DNA of 64,000 bases, taken from positions 219,418,001 through 219,482,000 of the forward strand of contig OZ024742.1 in assembly GCA_964016885.1 (NCBI GenBank). The letters run 5' to 3'. Positions 25,993 to 37,198 of this stretch are shown here, piece after piece. The notes beneath the pieces are model-generated. The model did not search any database. It saw only the letters and a program-made list of their open reading frames with translations, and was not told the origin of the DNA. How positions within the stretch are numbered: the first letter of the stretch is position 1; each line of letters starts with the position of its first letter. Both the position numbers and the translations under genes were made by a program. Origin of the DNA: Eledone cirrhosa. Its lineage: Eukaryota.

Positions 25993-28716
25993 CGTGATAG
26001 ATGGACGGTCGTAACAGATGGACGTGACAGATGGACGGTCGTAAACACAAAAGCCTTCCCTAGTGAGGAATGTACATCCCAACATAGCTTAGTTGTCAGC
26101 GACCTCACGGTCAGAACTAGACGAGCCCTGAAACAGAGGCCAACCTGGAGAAGAAAGATCTGGAAGCTGAAAGTCCCCTCAACCAGTAACAGATTTAAAG
26201 ATATTTTACTCAACGCCTACGACAGTAAAGAAGAACAGATAGAGACATTTAACGTAGAAGAGAACTGGGAGTTCCTAAAAAATAACTTACTAGAGGCGAC
26301 GGATGAGGTTTGTGGCTGGAGTAAGACCTCAAGCAGGAGGAGAGTGACTTGGTGGTGGAACAATAAGGTAGATGAAGCAGTCAAGGCCAAGAGATAGGCA
26401 TGGAAAGAATGGAAGAACGGGGGGAGCAGGGTACATTACATAGAGACCAAGAGGGAAGCTAGGCGACAAGTATACTTAGCTAGGAGGGAAGCAGAGGATA
26501 GAAAATTCAAGCATGTTTTACAACGTGAGGACCAGAAACAGGAGGTATTCAAGATTGCGAGGCAGTGTGTCAGAGATAGTTGTGATGTCATTGGAGAGAA
26601 GTGTATCCGGAATGATAAAGGTGAGCTTGCCCTCACAAGTGCTGAGAAGAAAGATGCATGGAAGAGTCATTATGATAGATTACTAAATGAGGAGAATGCA
26701 TGGGAAGAAGAGACCCTACCCCACGTAGACCCTATAGAGGGACCAGCAGTACAAGTCAGCGGCAGCGTAGTAAGTAAGGCAATCAGAGATATGAAGATAG
26801 GGAAGGCAACCGGTCCATCGGGTATAGCTGCCGAGATGCTGAAGGCATCTGGGTCTGTAGGTCACACTATAACCACACGTATCGTTAACCAGGTAATACT
26901 AGAGGGGGCCATACCAAAAGATTGGTGCAGTAGCATCATTGTCAACTGCTACAAAGGTAAAGGCGATGCACTAGATAGAGGAAACTATAGAGGTATAAAG
27001 TTGATGGACCAGGTCATGAAAGTAACAGAAAGAGTTATAACACAGCTGATTAGGGACCGGGTGAATATAGACGAGATGCAATTTGGGTTTGTTCCAGGGA
27101 AAGGCACCACTGATGCGCTCTTCCTTGTGAGGCAATTACAGGAAAAGTACCTAGCTAAAAGTAAGCCACTCTACTTGGCATTTGTCGACCTTGAGAAAGC
27201 CTTTGACAGAGTTCCACGTGCAGTAATCTGGTGGGCTCTTAGAAAACTAGGAGTAGATGAATGGCTTGTGAAAGCGGTACAAGCCATGTATAGGGGAGCA
27301 GTCAGCAAAGTTAGGATTGGCAATGAGTATAGCGAGGAATTTAGCGTACAGGTTGGGGTCCACCAGGGCTCTGTTCTTAGCCCTCTCCTGTTCATCATAG
27401 TCCTGCAGGCAATAACGGAGGAGTTTAAGACCGGATGCCCATGGGAACTCCTGTATGCTGATGACCTCGCACTCATAGCTGAATCTATGGTAGAACTAGA
27501 GAATAAATTCCAAACCTGGAAGCAGGGACTAGAGAGAAAGGGCCTCAAAGTCAACATGACAAAGACTAAGGTCCTTATAAGTAGACGAGAAAACAGAACC
27601 CAGATCCCCTCAGGGAAATGGCCTTGCTCAGTATGTAGGAAAGGTGTAGGTAGGAACTCCATTCTTTGCCCCAAATGCAAACAATGGGTACACAAGAGAT
27701 GTAGCGGGATCTCAGGAAGCTTAATTAAGAATGTAGGATTCACATGCAGCAGCTGTGCTGAAACAGCAAGCAAACAGCCACAGGAAACAAGTACCACCAA
27801 TCTCTGGGAGGGCCCTGTAGAAACAGTAGACAGCTTCTGCTACCTAGGTGACCGAATTAGCAACGGAGGTGGGTGCTCAGAAAGTACAATAACTAGGGTA
27901 AGAACGGGATGGAAGAAGTTTAGGGAACTACTACCACTGCTAGCTGCAAAAGGCTTCTCCCTCAGAATGAAAGGCAGACTGTATGATGCGTGTATCCGAA
28001 CAGCGATGTTGCATGGTAGTGAGACCTGGGCGCTGAAGGTGGAAGACTTACGTAGATTAGAGAGAAACGAAGCCTGCATGCTCCGATGGATGTGTAACAG
28101 TAATATACGTGAACGACAAAGCATAAATGAATTGAGAGAGAGACTGAGCATAAGAGGAATCAAATGCTGCGTGCAGGAGAGGCGGTTACGCTGGTATGGA
28201 CATGTGATGCGTATGAAGGATGACAGCTGCATAAAAAGGTGCAGAGCACTAGAAGTTGATGGAAACCGCGGAGTGGGGAGACCCAAGATGACTTGGGATG
28301 AGGTGATAAAAGCCGACCTTACCCAACTACACCTCTCAAAGTCAATGACACACGACCGTGACTTCTGGCGTCACGCAGTAATACAGGGTACCCGACCTCC
28401 CATGGGTACATGCTGAAGCATATAAACAATATGCCCCCCCCCCCCACCGCAAGGTGGTCGTGGAGGTGCCACGGCAAAAAAGCACCCAGCCCACACTGTA
28501 AAGTGGACGTGTAGGCGCCACGAAAAAGCACCCAGCACTCACTGTAAATGAGGTTGGTGTTAGGAAGGGCATCCAGCTGTAGAAATCAAGCCAGATCAGT
28601 TCCTGTATGAGCAAGGCATGGTCAGCCGACCAGACACTGCCCACAACAGGACAACCCGTCTAACCCATGCTAGCGTGGAAGAACGGACGTAAAACGGTGA
28701 TGATGATGATGATGAT
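25993..28716 (+). mobile_element. RTE-clade LINE, young 5'-truncated copy C (2.7 kb)
   Basis: One reading frame runs from ~26023 to 28416 with a single internal TAG (26395-26397). It contains the end of the APE endonuclease (SQHSLVVSD), RT motifs (NYRGIKL, QFGF, FVDLEKAFD, GVHQGSVLSP, YADD at 27454-27465) and the RTE C-terminus (RRLRWYGHVMRM...GRPK). The 3' UTR ends in a CCATGCTAGCGTGG stem-loop and a (GAT)n tail. Confidence 0.95.
26791..28416 (+). CDS. RTE LINE reverse transcriptase ORF portion with PHD-type zinc finger (open, 541 aa; N-terminally truncated)
   Basis: ORF track 541 aa with complete RT motifs followed by C-x2-C-x10-C-x2-C-x4-H-x2-C-x14-C-x2-C (27625-27756). It belongs to the retroelement, not to a host gene. 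Confidence 0.9.
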   Translation: MKIGKATGPSGIAAEMLKASGSVGHTITTRIVNQVILEGAIPKDWCSSIIVNCYKGKGDALDRGNYRGIKLMDQVMKVTERVITQLIRDRVNIDEMQFGFVPGKGTTDALFLVRQLQEKYLAKSKPLYLAFVDLEKAFDRVPRAVIWWALRKLGVDEWLVKAVQAMYRGAVSKVRIGNEYSEEFSVQVGVHQGSVLSPLLFIIVLQAITEEFKTGCPWELLYADDLALIAESMVELENKFQTWKQGLERKGLKVNMTKTKVLISRRENRTQIPSGKWPCSVCRKGVGRNSILCPKCKQWVHKRCSGISGSLIKNVGFTCSSCAETASKQPQETSTTNLWEGPVETVDSFCYLGDRISNGGGCSESTITRVRTGWKKFRELLPLLAAKGFSLRMKGRLYDACIRTAMLHGSETWALKVEDLRRLERNEACMLRWMCNSNIRERQSINELRERLSIRGIKCCVQERRLRWYGHVMRMKDDSCIKRCRALEVDGNRGVGRPKMTWDEVIKADLTQLHLSKSMTHDRDFWRHAVIQGTRPPMGTC

Positions 28717-28739
28717 CCATAAATCTAATATATAGACGT

Positions 28740-29736
28740 CCCTCATAACATGCCCACCCAGCTCCAATAATATGGATCTGATATGAGCAGGGTATGGCAC
28801 AGCCAACTGGTCAGACCCACCTTTATAACAGGACCACCTGGATCCACACTGGGAATGTGGTTGGTGTTAGGAAGGACATCAAGCAATCGAAATGTGGTCC
28901 AGTATGAGCAAGGAATGCTGCAGCCAACTGACCAGACTTGCCTCATAAGTAGGACCACCCAGTCCCTCACAGTAAACGTGGTTGGTGTAAAAACCCAGCC
29001 AAAACATGGTCCCATATGAGCAAGGTCTGGCATGGCCAACAAGCAAAACCTTCCCCACAACAGGAACACGCAGTGTTAGGAAAGGCATCCAGCAGCTATA
29101 AAAATTCCAGCCAAAACACAGGTCCTACTATGAGTAGGGTGCGGCACGGCCAAGTGACCCGACCTACCTCATAACAGGATCACCAAAAATGTGGTTGCTG
29201 CTAGGAAGGACACGCAGTTCTATATTGTAAATGTGGTTGCTGCTAGGAAGGACATCTAGCAGCTGTAAGAACCCAGCCATGGCATGGTCCCAAATGTGCA
29301 AGGTACAGCACGGCCAACTCGCCAGACTTGACTGATAAGGGCAACCACTTAGTCCTACACTGTAAATGCAGTTGGTGTTAGGAAAGGTATCCAGCAGTTG
29401 TAAAAATCCTCAGCCAAAACACAGGCCCCACTATGAGCAACGTTCAATGCAGCCAACTGGCCAGACCTACCTCATTTCAGGTCCACCTAGCTCCCTAATA
29501 CAGATCCACTTATGAGCATGGTACAGTGCAGCCAATTGGCCAGACCCTTATCATAATGAGGCCACCTAATTCCACACTCAACATAATTGGTGTTAGGAAG
29601 GGCATCCAGCTGTAAAACAAAATGGCCAAAATACAGTTCTGTATGGCACGGTCAAATGGCCAGACTTGCCTCATTGCATAGACAACCCGTCTGACCCATG
29701 CAGGCACGGAAAATAAGATGGAAACGGTGATGATGT
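28740..29736 (+). repeat. Degenerate tandem array of about 8 RTE 3' UTR-derived units
   Basis: Recurring tatgagcaagg...cagccaactggccagac...cctcata...cacactgtaaatgtggttggtgttaggaagg units (~80-160 bp), ending in one terminal stem and a gatgatg tail. Confidence 0.75.
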
Positions 29737-29741
29737 TAATA

Positions 29742-29862
29742 ATATATGAGTATTTTATATCTATAATATAAATATAAGAGTATTTTATATTTTTAATATA
29801 AGGGTATTTTATATCTATAAATATAAGGGTATTTTATATCTATAAATATAAGGGTATTTTTA
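29742..29862. repeat. AT-rich ~25-bp tandem repeat (tataagggtattttatatctataaa)
   Basis: About 5 diverged units, ~70 bp into the intron from the donor of the 43-nt exon. Confidence 0.8.
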
Positions 29863-29932
29863 AAATAGCCTTAATTAAACATGTTTGAATAATTTACTAG
29901 GATTGGTCATAAAACACAAAATTGTAAATTAC

Positions 29933-29975
29933 CTGGCCATAGGCAAATACTGTTGCATTGTAACCATCAAAACAC
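29933..29975 (-). CDS. KIF21: KIF21-like kinesin-4, short motor-domain exon (43 nt)
   Basis: ttttccctctcttttcag|G TGT TTT GAT GGT TAC AAT GCA ACA GTA TTT GCC TAT GGC CAG|gtaatt = (G)CFDGYNATVFAYGQ, the conserved kinesin GYNxTxFAYGQ motif. It completes the Gly codon from the upstream exon and ends in phase 0. Confidence 0.95.
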
Positions 29976-31859
29976 CTGAAAAGAGAGGGAAAATGAAAGA
30001 TTTAAACATAAGGGTTTTGAAAATAATTTTTTTGTTCTATTCAAACCAAAAATTAAACAAGCTGCTGGTATCTAAGATTGGATACCTTTTCTGATGCCAC
30101 CCCATACTTGTTTTAAAGGAAGTCACTTCCTACATTGAACCATTGATCTGCAGAACATTGTTTATACAAGACAAACATTACTGGCTATCCAAATAGTGTC
30201 ACTGGGTACACACACCTCTTCTGCCTAGTTTCTGTTTACCAAATTTCACTCACAAATTATTGGTCAATCTGATGGGCTACAGAAAATGGTATTTGCTCAA
30301 GGTGTCATACAGGAGGATCAAACCGAAAACACTGTGGTTGCAAAGGAAACATTTTAACTATACAGTTATGCCTACACCTATATCCAAATGAAAGTAATAA
30401 ACTATCTTATTTAAATTTTATAAAGCTCCCAGCCCACCCTGTAAGGTGGTCATGCTAGTGACAACAAAATCCCCTTGCCATAATAGTGCTGTAGGGAATT
30501 ATTACTAAATTTCATTGAGCTTTGTTAAAAAGTATTTGATATTAAACAGACTGAATAAAGTGCAGCATTGATATTAAGACTATACAAACAACAATCTTAG
30601 AAATTAATCTTATTGTATTGAATTTTTCATCAAATAAATCTTAACTGCAATTATTTTAAAGAATGTTTCAAGAACAAAAGAGACCAGACAACAATGAATT
30701 GTCATTTCCATTGAATGAAGTCAAAGAAAAATGAAAAGATATTGAACAGTATATAACAACAATCATCTTATGCCCATTTTACATGGATTGCATAGATCTC
30801 ATTGTCTCGACACATGCTGTAGGCCGTCATGGCCTGGCAAATACAATTGCAAATGCCAGTCAACTTTGTTGTGCATGTCTTGTGTTTCGTTTTTGGGGGG
30901 CATGTTTTTTGGGGGGGCTGGCTGGATGCTTCACCTATCACCAACAATGTTAGGTCATGAAGTAGTTGCATTTTATCATGACACTGGAACTAGAGAGGTT
31001 TTTTTGAAGCAGCTATCAGTTATTCAGAGTTACAGCCCTCCTAGACAGGTTGCCCATGATGAGACCTGTACAGTCATGATCTACATCCTTTCCCTTTTCT
31101 TGGTATGATAAAACCACACTGATATAGGAGAATGATTGTGAAAAGTGGAGATTTATAAAAATTGGAACAAAGTTATTTCATCTTAACCATTAAGTAAACC
31201 ACTCCTTCAAATCAACAGAAATTATCAATATATATGAAAATTCAATTTATTACATTACATTATATTTGCCTCTAATTATAGAACTTATGAAAACAAAGAA
31301 TCCAAGTTCAGTTATCTATGTTAGTGCTATCTTTGGTAATGTAAAATGCACTGTAATCAGCAAAAACAGTTTACAATTGATAAGCATTCCCGTGAAAGGG
31401 AAGGCTCTTAACTTAACTAGCTATTCATACATTTCATGAAAACAATCATGACCAATGAATTAAAATTTCCCTCTTAGTTAAAGAAATAAATAAAAAAAAT
31501 TTAAAAAAAATCTAGTTGCAATTATTAGAGACTCCCAGAGAAAAGAGGAGATAATTTCAAAAAGCATAATTTCACAGGACTTTTTGCACTCATCATTGTG
31601 TCTGAAATATCAAAATACATAACTATTGTTAAAATGGGAAGCTAACAATTTCAATAGATTTAAAACACAATCTCTAAGTATCCTTTACTCTTATTTTCTG
31701 ACATATTCATATGCTCTGAGAGTGGTAGAGCAGCAACTAGGAACTGGTCAGAATGGCTAAACACAACAACAGAGACTTATGTAATGACAAATCACAAATA
31801 GTGCAGAAATTAAAAAGTAATGAACAAAAAAGGGACAAATAGATTAAAAAGGAATTAGT

Positions 31860-32578
31860 TATTTAGTTATAGAGACATGTCCACCCTAGTTATAAAGACA
31901 CATCCACCCTATTTAGTTATAAAGACACGTCCACCCTATTTAGTTATAAAGACACGTCCACCCTATTTAGTTATAAAGACATGTCCACCCTATTTAGTTA
32001 TAAAGACATGTCCACCCTATTTAGTTATAAAGACACGTCCACCCTATTTAGTTATAAAGACACGTCCACCCTATTTAGTTATAAAGACAGGTCCACCCTA
32101 TTTAGTTATAAAGACACGTCCACCCTATTTAGTTATAAAGACACGTCCACCCTATTTAGTTATAAAGATATGTCCAACCTATTTAGTTATAAAGATATGT
32201 CCACCCTATTTAGTTATAAAGATATGTCCACCCTATTTAGTTATAAAGATATGTCCAACCTATTTAGTTATAAAGATACGTCCACCCTATTTAGTTATAA
32301 AGACACGTCCAACCTATTTAGTTATAAAGATATGTCCAACCTATTTAGTTATAAAGATATGTCCAACCTATTTAGTTATAAAGATATGTCCACCCTATTT
32401 AGTTATAAAGACACGTCCAACCTATTTAGTTATAAAGATATGTCCAACCTATTTAGTTATAAAGATAGGTCCAACCTATTTAGTTATAAAGACACGTCCA
32501 CCCTATTTAGTTATAAAGACATGTCCAACCTATTTAGTTATAAAGACATGTCCAACCTATTTAGTTATAAAGATATGT
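31860..32578. repeat. 27-bp minisatellite, about 26-27 copies
   Basis: Unit TATTTAGTTATAAAGA(C/T)A(C/T/G)GTCCA(C/A)CC, head to tail without spacers. Confidence 0.97.
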
Positions 32579-34325
32579 TCAGCGTGTACTAACGAAAAAC
32601 CATCAACTTTGTTTTGTCACATTTCTCGGATTATATACGAGTATATACGGTAACTTAAATGTTCTTACATAAAATTATGATGGAAGATTTTAGAAAAATA
32701 TAAACATTTAAAAACAGTTTTCCATCATAGCATCAGGAGCTGTTCCCAGCAGTTTGGTATCAAAGGGGTTCATCTTTCTTCAAATACTAACAAACAAAAT
32801 GTCACATTTGTCTAGATCTACAAGCCAATAACATAATTATAAGAATAGCCTCTTCTAATTAGTGATTACATACTTGTCAAGTAACTTCAGACATAATTGT
32901 ATAGTTAAAACATTCCTTCATCTCACATAAACTCTTAATTCTTATCCTCCTCTTCACATTTTCTCAAATGAAATTTCCATAGCAGTCAAGTGAACAGGAA
33001 TTTAGTATTAAAACAAAAGCTAAAAAGAACTTGCAAATAAATATCCATGTCACTGTTTTTTCCTTCTGTTTGCAAACATAATACTTTTGTATGTTTCAAG
33101 TAGAGAATTTTAAATAACCTTTGTGGTAAATGGAACAAACATTTAAAAAATGAGAGCAGACTTCTAGACTATGGAGTTTAACTTTCTTAATAGTGTATCC
33201 TTTCACTAAATTCTTGTTCCATTAAACATTCATAACGACTGGAAAAAACCCCATTTCATTTTAGCAAGAGATGAATTACAAAGAAAGGAGACTAAAACAA
33301 ATGGATTAACAGTCGTAGAATAAGTTTTATGTTAAACAAATAGATACTGGAAAATAAAACAATTTACTAACTAAGCAAACATGAAAAGTTGGAGGTTCAC
33401 AACAGATAACAATTACTGTAATACAGTATATGTACTTATTATAGCTGTAGGACAGGGATATCAATCTAGTCAGGAATCATCAACATAACATCAACAAAAC
33501 ATAACGACTAAAGACAAATACAAAATAAAGAAGCAAGCTTATTTGCTCTAACTTAAAAGTTAGTGTGCTTGATAGAACATAAGTAGTATTTTAGCATTGT
33601 TTAGGTATATTAGGTGACATTAAGACAGATGTTCTTCATCAGAAATATGCCTTTATCTGGAGTATGTTTTAATGTCAGAATATATACATCTCCATCCATC
33701 CATCCAGCAACACAAAAGACAAGAGATGTTAAAAGGGCGGATGAGCTCCTCAAAATCAATGGCCATACACCCCAACTATGGGTTAAATAGCCTCACCAAC
33801 CCACAATTGGTTAAGTGTGGTGAGTATGGCTACACCCCTGACATGATCAAAACCAAATAGAAAGCAGTGGAGGGTAGCCAGGGAGGGGTTCTTCCAACAG
33901 GAGTGGAATTGGATTGGCATCCATCTATCAACCCCTACACATGCACATGGTGACAGTTGACACACTATTGAGCGTGACTAGCTCTTGCGCACACTTTAAA
34001 TATGCAGCGTCTTTTTGTCCTAGGTTCCAACTGTAATGAAGACACAATCCAGACATTACTTCAATGGAGGATGTAGCTACACAAGTGACTAAGATAACTG
34101 CTGCCACCTATTCTACATCTTCCATCAGACTTCATGGGCAAAGAAACTAAAGAAGTGATGTTATTTCATTGCCACATACACACATGATACTCCAACTACT
34201 GCAAAGAAAAGTTTGATGTTTTTGTAGTTTTAAAAAATGCCAATCCTTGTATTGCATTTGGAAAAAAAAAGAAAAATGATATGCAAAAAAAGTATCAATG
34301 CACCAAAGATAAAGAATTTATCAGT

Positions 34326-34510
34326 CATTATTGGCAGTATCAGTAGAGGGTCGGACACCATGCTTTCCAGCATAGTTACGTCCCTTTACGATCTGAGTTC
34401 AAATCCCGCCAAGGTTGACTTTGCCTTTCATCCTTACGGGGGTCGATAAAATAAAGTACCAGTAATGCACTGGGTAATTGCTGGCCTTATGCCTAAAGTA
34501 GAAACAATTA
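34326..34510 (+). mobile_element. Second short SINE family (CTGAGTTCAAATCCCGCC...CTTTGCCTTTCATCC...GGTCGATAAAATAAAGTACCAG core)
   Basis: B-box-like GAGTTCAAATCC plus a conserved core. Close copies at 21620-21777 (-) and 45910-46310 (-), older ones at ~4855-5050, ~35425-35560, ~40195-40270, ~45680-45880 and ~55110-55260. Confidence 0.8.
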
Positions 34511-35689
34511 TCTAGGATATTACAATGGTTGTAAGGGTATTGATAACTTAATTGAATTACATTTTAATTTATGGCATCATAAGTAGATTATAAATGCTGT
34601 TGTGACCTTTGCAGAGAAACACACAAATAAGTCTTCTTTGATCAACATCAAGTGTTATATTTTTGTAACTTTATACAAAGTTGTGCCAAAGGGATAGATT
34701 ACTTACAAGGGAAAGTAAAAATGAGATCAAGGTATGTATACTGATAGTAATGGGTTACTAAGGGAATGATGATGCACTTTAGAGCCAACATTTTGTTTAG
34801 ATCTACTCAAATTTCCACCTGTTATTAACCTCAGAAGGATCAATTACTCAACTAAGAACCAAACTGACTTTCATGTTAAGAGCCCGGATGAAGGGGCATA
34901 GAAGTCACAAACTATTAATAGCAGCTAAATGAGAACCAGTAAGAAGTTATAAATACATGTCAACAGTAAAAAGAAAAACGAAAAAAAAAAACTTTTTGTA
35001 AGAAAGGAAAGTTGGTTAAAACCTACAAAACATGATGAATTACAACCTATTTCATTGTAACAGTGTGTATTAACACTACATTCATTGCAACATACTATTA
35101 GTTATGAAGGCAGTACAGCCTGTTCTTTCTAACTTAAACACATTTAAAAAAATAAGATGTTCATCAATCAGAATCTGAGTGACTATTCTGAGTTTATTGA
35201 TAAGACTAATGCATTTGACACCAACATGAGGCAGTGTGAGTCATTCACAAGTAAAATGAGATTCATCACAGATTGAGCTGTTCTGTACATTAAGAAAGAG
35301 ATGCTCAGATGGTGAACCTTCTAAGGAGTCTAAGTTGAATATTTGCACCAGTGTTTTTTAACATTTAATAAGAGATATATAGCTGCATGCTGTTTGGTTT
35401 GAGTCATCTTGCAGCAAGATAATGGTTTCTGATTTAGGCAAAAGACCAACAATTTGAGGGGAGGGGGAAGTTGATTAAATTGGTCCCAGTGTACTTTATT
35501 TTATCAACCCCACAAAGCTAATTTCAGTAGGATTTGAACACAAAACAAAGGAACGTAACTATATGAAGGTAAATACCAATGATTTTTATCCTCCAGAGAA
35601 CCATCTAAAAGATTATCAAGTTCTATAAAATAGCAAATCTATTTTATTTGACCAGATAACAGTAAATAAATTGTAGTAAATAAACAGTA

Positions 35690-37198
35690 AATAAATTGTA
35701 AATAAATTGTAAACAAATATATGTAAGTATTTGACACAATTTTGAAGAAGATATAAACAGGTTTTTAAATCAATATTATAAATGTATTTGGGAGTAAATA
35801 CAGGGGTATATTTATAGTAAAGAATTTAAGAATGGGGATGATTGTTAAATATTGCCACTAAATGGCTTTATAAATTTGTAACATTCTTGTATGTTGTGAA
35901 ACAGGTAGAAATGATAAAAGTTTAACTGAAACCCATGAGATTGGCATAATTATTTCTTTCAGAATATATCTGATATGGAGGGGGTTATTGTGTGAAATTG
36001 TTTTGTTATAAATTCAGTCTTGACAATGCTTTTGTAAGTCAACCCTATAGTGTACCTTACTGTAACTACTTTCAAGAACAGAAAACTCCATCTAAATAGA
36101 TAGATACCCTCAAGAAAATTCCAGGTAGAATCTAAATGCAAATTACATACTGGGTTGACACCATCTCCAAGTCCTGTACAGGAGAGCATTCACCTGCCTA
36201 CTCAACTCAGGTGCATAATGCTTGTAGTCCTCACTATAGAATAACTGAAACATTTGGACCTTGTGCTACAAATGCAGTCAATAGCAATAACAATTCCACA
36301 ATCTTTCATACTTGATCGGGTAAAAATACCAACCACACTAACCAAGACACATTAGCCAAGATACCTTACAAAAGATCATCATCCTAACTATCAAATCAAC
36401 TCTAAGATGATAGTTATAAAATCATCAAAATTTCCAGGGTCAAGTTTTAATGGTCTGGGCAAATTATTCACAGATATGATATAAGAATCTCCAGACAATT
36501 GCCAGAGGTTTAAAGGGGAGACAGAAAAACAAAGTCACAACTAACACTAAGTAAATACATTGTATCTGGGCATACAAGCAATATCTTTAATAAACAGAAC
36601 AAATTGGTGCAACTTCATTAGGAAAACTGCAACAGATTTTGAGCAAATCTTTACTCTGGCATCCTATAACTGTACAAAATACTACAGTATTTACTTCAGC
36701 TCTTGATAACATTTCATTCCCTAATATGTGTTCACTGAACGTTGGTGTTCAAAATCAAGAAGACTTTTGTTTTCCCACTAAATTCAGCATTGCTCAATAA
36801 AAACCTGTTTAACCCTTTACAGTAAGGTACACTATAGGGTTGACTTACAAAAGCATTGTCAAGACTGAATATATAACAAAACAATTTCACACAATAACCC
36901 CCTCCATAGCAGATACATTCTGAAAGAAATAATTATGCCAATCTCATAAGTTTCAGTTAGATTTTTATCATTTCTACCTGTTTCACAACATACAAGAATG
37001 TTACAAATTTATAAAGCCATTTAATACCAACACAGGTAAATACATATTTAACAATAATTTCCATTCTTAACTTCTCTACTATATACACTCCTGTATTTAC
37101 TCCCAAATACATTTATAATATTGATTTAGAAACCTGTTTTTTTTCTTCGGAATTGTGTCAAATACTTCCATATATTTGCCTATTTCTATTTATTTACC
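35690..37198. repeat. Long inverted repeat (arms ~35690-36065 and 36817-37198, ~750 bp spacer)
   Basis: For example ttcagtcttgacaatgcttttgtaagtcaaccctatagtgtaccttactgtaa is the exact reverse complement of the sequence starting at 36817; homology continues for ~375 bp. Confidence 0.93.

Noticed and set aside
27171-28644. Antisense ORFs over the RTE copies (also 15887-16845 and 24571-25825)
   Set aside because: Shadow frames of the retroelement with no independent protein signature.
31860-32653. CRISPR-like array or repetitive protein ORFs (258 aa and 203 aa)
   Set aside because: Units are contiguous with no unique spacers, there are no cas genes and the context is eukaryotic; the ORFs arise from a stop-free 27-bp unit.
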